Assembly (NCBI GenBank): GCA_032718475.1
Contig: JAUCBJ010006724.1
Span: 8,472-72,471 of the forward strand
Direction of reading: 5' to 3'
Origin: Nemertoderma westbladi
Taxonomy: Eukaryota; Animalia; Xenacoelomorpha
Length of the DNA stretch: 64,000 nt
How positions within the stretch are numbered: the first letter of the stretch is position 1; each line of letters starts with the position of its first letter. The translations under genes and the position numbers were made by a program. Below the pieces are notes generated by a model. The model did no database searches and was not told the DNA's origin. It saw only the letters and a list, made by a program, of their open reading frames with translations. This document shows, in pieces, positions 60,930 to 64,000 of the stretch.

Positions 60930-61400
60930 ACGCTATTCTACAAAGATCAGAAAGGAAACCTGCGTTTGTTCAGATAAACGTAAGTTGTAACAGCAAGTCC
61001 AAGTGATAAACGAATTGTCTTTATCTCAGTTCGATTGTGAAATCCAGAATCTCTAAGAAGATATCGAACCTAGACAACCCCATTCTCTGCGAGAGTTTTT
61101 GGATGAACGTATCCAGCTACGAGCGGAGGAAAATCAGCTCGAGGAGAAGCATATCGAAACGGCGGATACCCCGACCATAATCCTACACCTTCTGATGCAA
61201 TCATATTGCACCCTTCACCCAGGATTTATAGCCCTCCTAGTAAAGTGGCTCGCCCCAAAGAGAAAAGGACTCTTGCTAGCCTCAAAAGGCTGCGTAAACG
61301 CCGTCCGCGTAAGAAAGACTAACTGTTTAGAGTATTTTTATATTTTAGAAACTGTGATTTGTTATATTTTATAGACTTAAATCCCATTTTCTGGGAGCGA

Positions 61401-61868
61401 TGTAAAAGCTTTTGCGTCATTAACCGGTTATTTTCCCTTAAAGTACTCTGTAGTTGGTTTACCAGGCATAAAAAGGCCACGTCCTTACTGTACTGGTGTT
61501 TTAGAGGACATAAAAGTCATTTCTTCTGTATTCGTACTTTAGAGGACATAATCCGCAATCTCGTGACGCGATAAGCTAGATACTCTTGAAAACAGTGTCG
61601 CTACCATGACGACGGCTAACAGCTGATATTGCCACGTCGACATTTCTTTGTTTCTTTGTTCTCTCGTGGTTCGGTTGACCAATCAGAGCGTTTTTTGTCT
61701 CTGTGTTGGAGGTGTATACAGAACTCAGTAGTTCAGTGTTATGTTTTTGCCCAGAGCCTAAGAACACCGGCTTTTGGCACCTCCGTGTTTCAGTCTTTAG
61801 TCTTACATTAGTAGGCTTAATTATAGAACGTATATCTGTTATCTACTCACTTATTTACTCACTATCCA
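61401..61868 (+). repeat. 3' LTR, first 468 bp
   Basis: Matches 46742-47209 and stops abruptly at the inverted insertion. Confidence 0.93.
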
Positions 61869-64000
61869 TGTTCGCGCTTTTAGACCTTTGGCAGTTTAAC
61901 CCGCCAAATTAAGATGTCTTCTAGATATTAAATCGCTTTTTAGCCTATGACATGTATTTGATTCACTACACTAGTCGAAACCAATCTGTGCGCGATCATT
62001 CACCCGCTGGATATTCCCGGGAGATTGGGTTCGACGGCTTAATTTTTATTGCTATGTAAGCCTAATGTATTATTCGACTGACAGTATTATATAATCTCTG
62101 ACAATATTATTCACCTTCGGGAATATTAACAGTTCCTTTAGGACGTGGCGCTTTATTTATATAAACAGAGTTATGACTTAAACTACTCACAACGATATGG
62201 CTCAATTATAATTCACATATATGGCGCATTCTTTAGGAATTGCTTCTTTAACAGACTCACTCATACACAATGCTGCACAATACTGCACACTAATCTGCCA
62301 ATCTTCACTGATTTTAGTCACATATAAAAGGAACACAGACTGACTCATGTAGGGTCTATCAAATAACATTAGATTCACTTCAAACCACTTTAACATAAGT
62401 CACAATCGTTATTGGTAACCTTTCTCTCTTACCTTCGGTATATCAAGAATATTGGGTTTTCGGGGTTATTTCTCGTTATTCCAATATAATAATTCATCAA
62501 CCAATATAATGAATAACCGACAACAAATAGCAGTATACAGTATTGATTGAGCAGGTAAATTTTAGCAGTTTCAGCAGTTATTAAAAGCCGTGTGTCAGCA
62601 GTGATTACGAAATTGCAGTTAAAGGATATATGTCCTTATAATTAAGCCTACTAGTGTAAGACTAAAAACTGAAAACACGGAGGTGCCAAAAGCCGGTTCT
62701 TAGGCTCTGGGCAAAAACATAACACTGAACTACTGAGTTTCTGTATACACCTCCAACACAGAGACAACAAACGCTCTGATTGGTCAACCTGAACAACGAG
62801 AGAACAAAGAAACAAAGAAACGTCGACGTGGCAATATCAGCTGCTAGCCGTCGTCATGGTAGCGACACTGTTTTCAAGAGTATCGAGCTTTTACGTCACG
62901 GAATTACGGATTATGTCCTCTAAAGTACAAATACAGAAGAAATAGCTTTTATGTCCGCTAAAACACCAGTACAGCAAGGACAAGGCCTTTTTATGCCTGG
63001 TAAACCAACTACAGAGTATTTTACGGGAAAAATAAGGAAAAATAACCGGACAATTCAGCAAAAGCTTTTACACCGCTCCCAGAAAATGGGATTTTCAGTC
63101 TATAAAATATAAAAATCACAGTTTCTAAAACATAAAGATACTCTAAACAGTTAGTCTTTCTTACGCAGACGGCGTTTGCGCAGTTTTTTGAGGCTAGCAA
63201 GAGTCTTTCTCTCTTTGGGGGGAGCCACTTTACTAGGAGGGCCATAACTCCTGGGTGAAGGGTGCAATATGATTGCATCAGAAGGTGTAGGTTTATGGTC
63301 GAGGTATCTGCCGTTTCGATATGCTTCTCCTCGAGCTGATTTTCCTCCGCTCGTAGCTGGATACGTTCATCCAAAAACTCTCGCAGAGAATAGGATCGTC
63401 CAAGTTCGATAACTTCTTAGAGATTCTGGATTTCCCAATCGAATTGAGATAAGGCCAATTTGTTTATCGATTGGACTTACTGTTATAACTTACGTTTATC
63501 TGAACAAACGCAGGTTTCTTTTTTGATCTTTATAGAATAGCGTTTAACTCGTTTCGTACAACGCTCTCCTTCACCTTGATGAGGGGTTGTATCGCGTTAA
63601 ACGGGGACGACCATACGGTTGGATAGTGATATTAGGTGTCCGCGTCACAATCCGGCTAGGTAAGATGGGCGGCTAGCTAGAAATCACTGTCGGAGTGTTA
63701 CCGATTAATTGTTAGGGTAGCACTAGATCTTTGAACAGTGAGTACAGTCCGCGAGGATCCGCGACACCACCAGGATCGCAGGTCTGAGGTCCAACTAAGG
63801 AATGAGGAGGTTTGACCGAGTATTCCGGGACTCTGATCGTAGGTTTACTCCAGGATCGTTCGAGCCGAGTGAGCATAGGTGATACGTCAAACAAGTTTCG
63901 CTCGACTCCAGTAAATATAACGAGCACAACTGTGTTTAACACAACGTTTCCGTGGATGTTTATGTCTTTCCGTTTATTAGTTGGGTCTAGAGCATTTATC
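61869..64000 (-). mobile_element. 3' end of a sister BEL element (LTR 61869-63072 plus internal region), running off the window
   Basis: Complete diverged LTR in inverted orientation, PPT ctgggagcgg, and an internal region homologous to 60468-61400. Confidence 0.9.
63545..64000 (-). pseudogene. Disrupted homologue of the accessory ORF
   Basis: ERNLFDVSPMLTRL..IRVPEYSVKPPHSLV..LYSLFKDLVLP, with TAA/TGA stops and frameshifts. Confidence 0.85.

Larger units (their letters stand above)
46742..61868 (+). mobile_element. Giant BEL/Pao LTR retrotransposon with an accessory ORF; 3' LTR interrupted
   Basis: 5' LTR 46742-47884; 3' LTR from 61401 (3 differences seen in 468 bp); gag-pol; extra ORF; PPT-like ctgggagcga. 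Confidence 0.92.

Noticed and set aside
61099-61374. 91-aa ORF shared with 63021-63374
   Set aside because: TTG start; similarity is explained by DNA homology, and substitutions at the basic tail favour a different frame.

Overview
AT-rich eukaryotic DNA, most likely from an invertebrate animal (inferred from a fibrinogen-domain gene, GT-AG introns and metazoan TE families). Nested transposable elements fill almost the whole window. Left to right: L2/CR1 3' fragment; decayed APE-type LINE; a foldback-type DNA element (8022-15168) with satellite-built inverted arms and a 19-20 bp flanking direct repeat, carrying an intact full-length CRE-like RLE retrotransposon; small TIR elements; an L2/CR1-type LINE whose RT has a ~265-aa in-frame Thr/Ala/Pro repeat just before YADD; an intact BEL/Pao element with identical LTRs; an intact two-ORF CR1; a 36-bp minisatellite; one host gene with two tandem fibrinogen-related domains; and a giant (~15.8 kb) BEL/Pao element. 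The giant element has an unrecognised non-env accessory ORF, and its 3' LTR is interrupted by an inverted sister element. Best novelty candidates are the BEL accessory ORF, the repeat-split RT and the long-TSD foldback element. All calls were made by eye from motifs and internal comparisons; no database searches were run.
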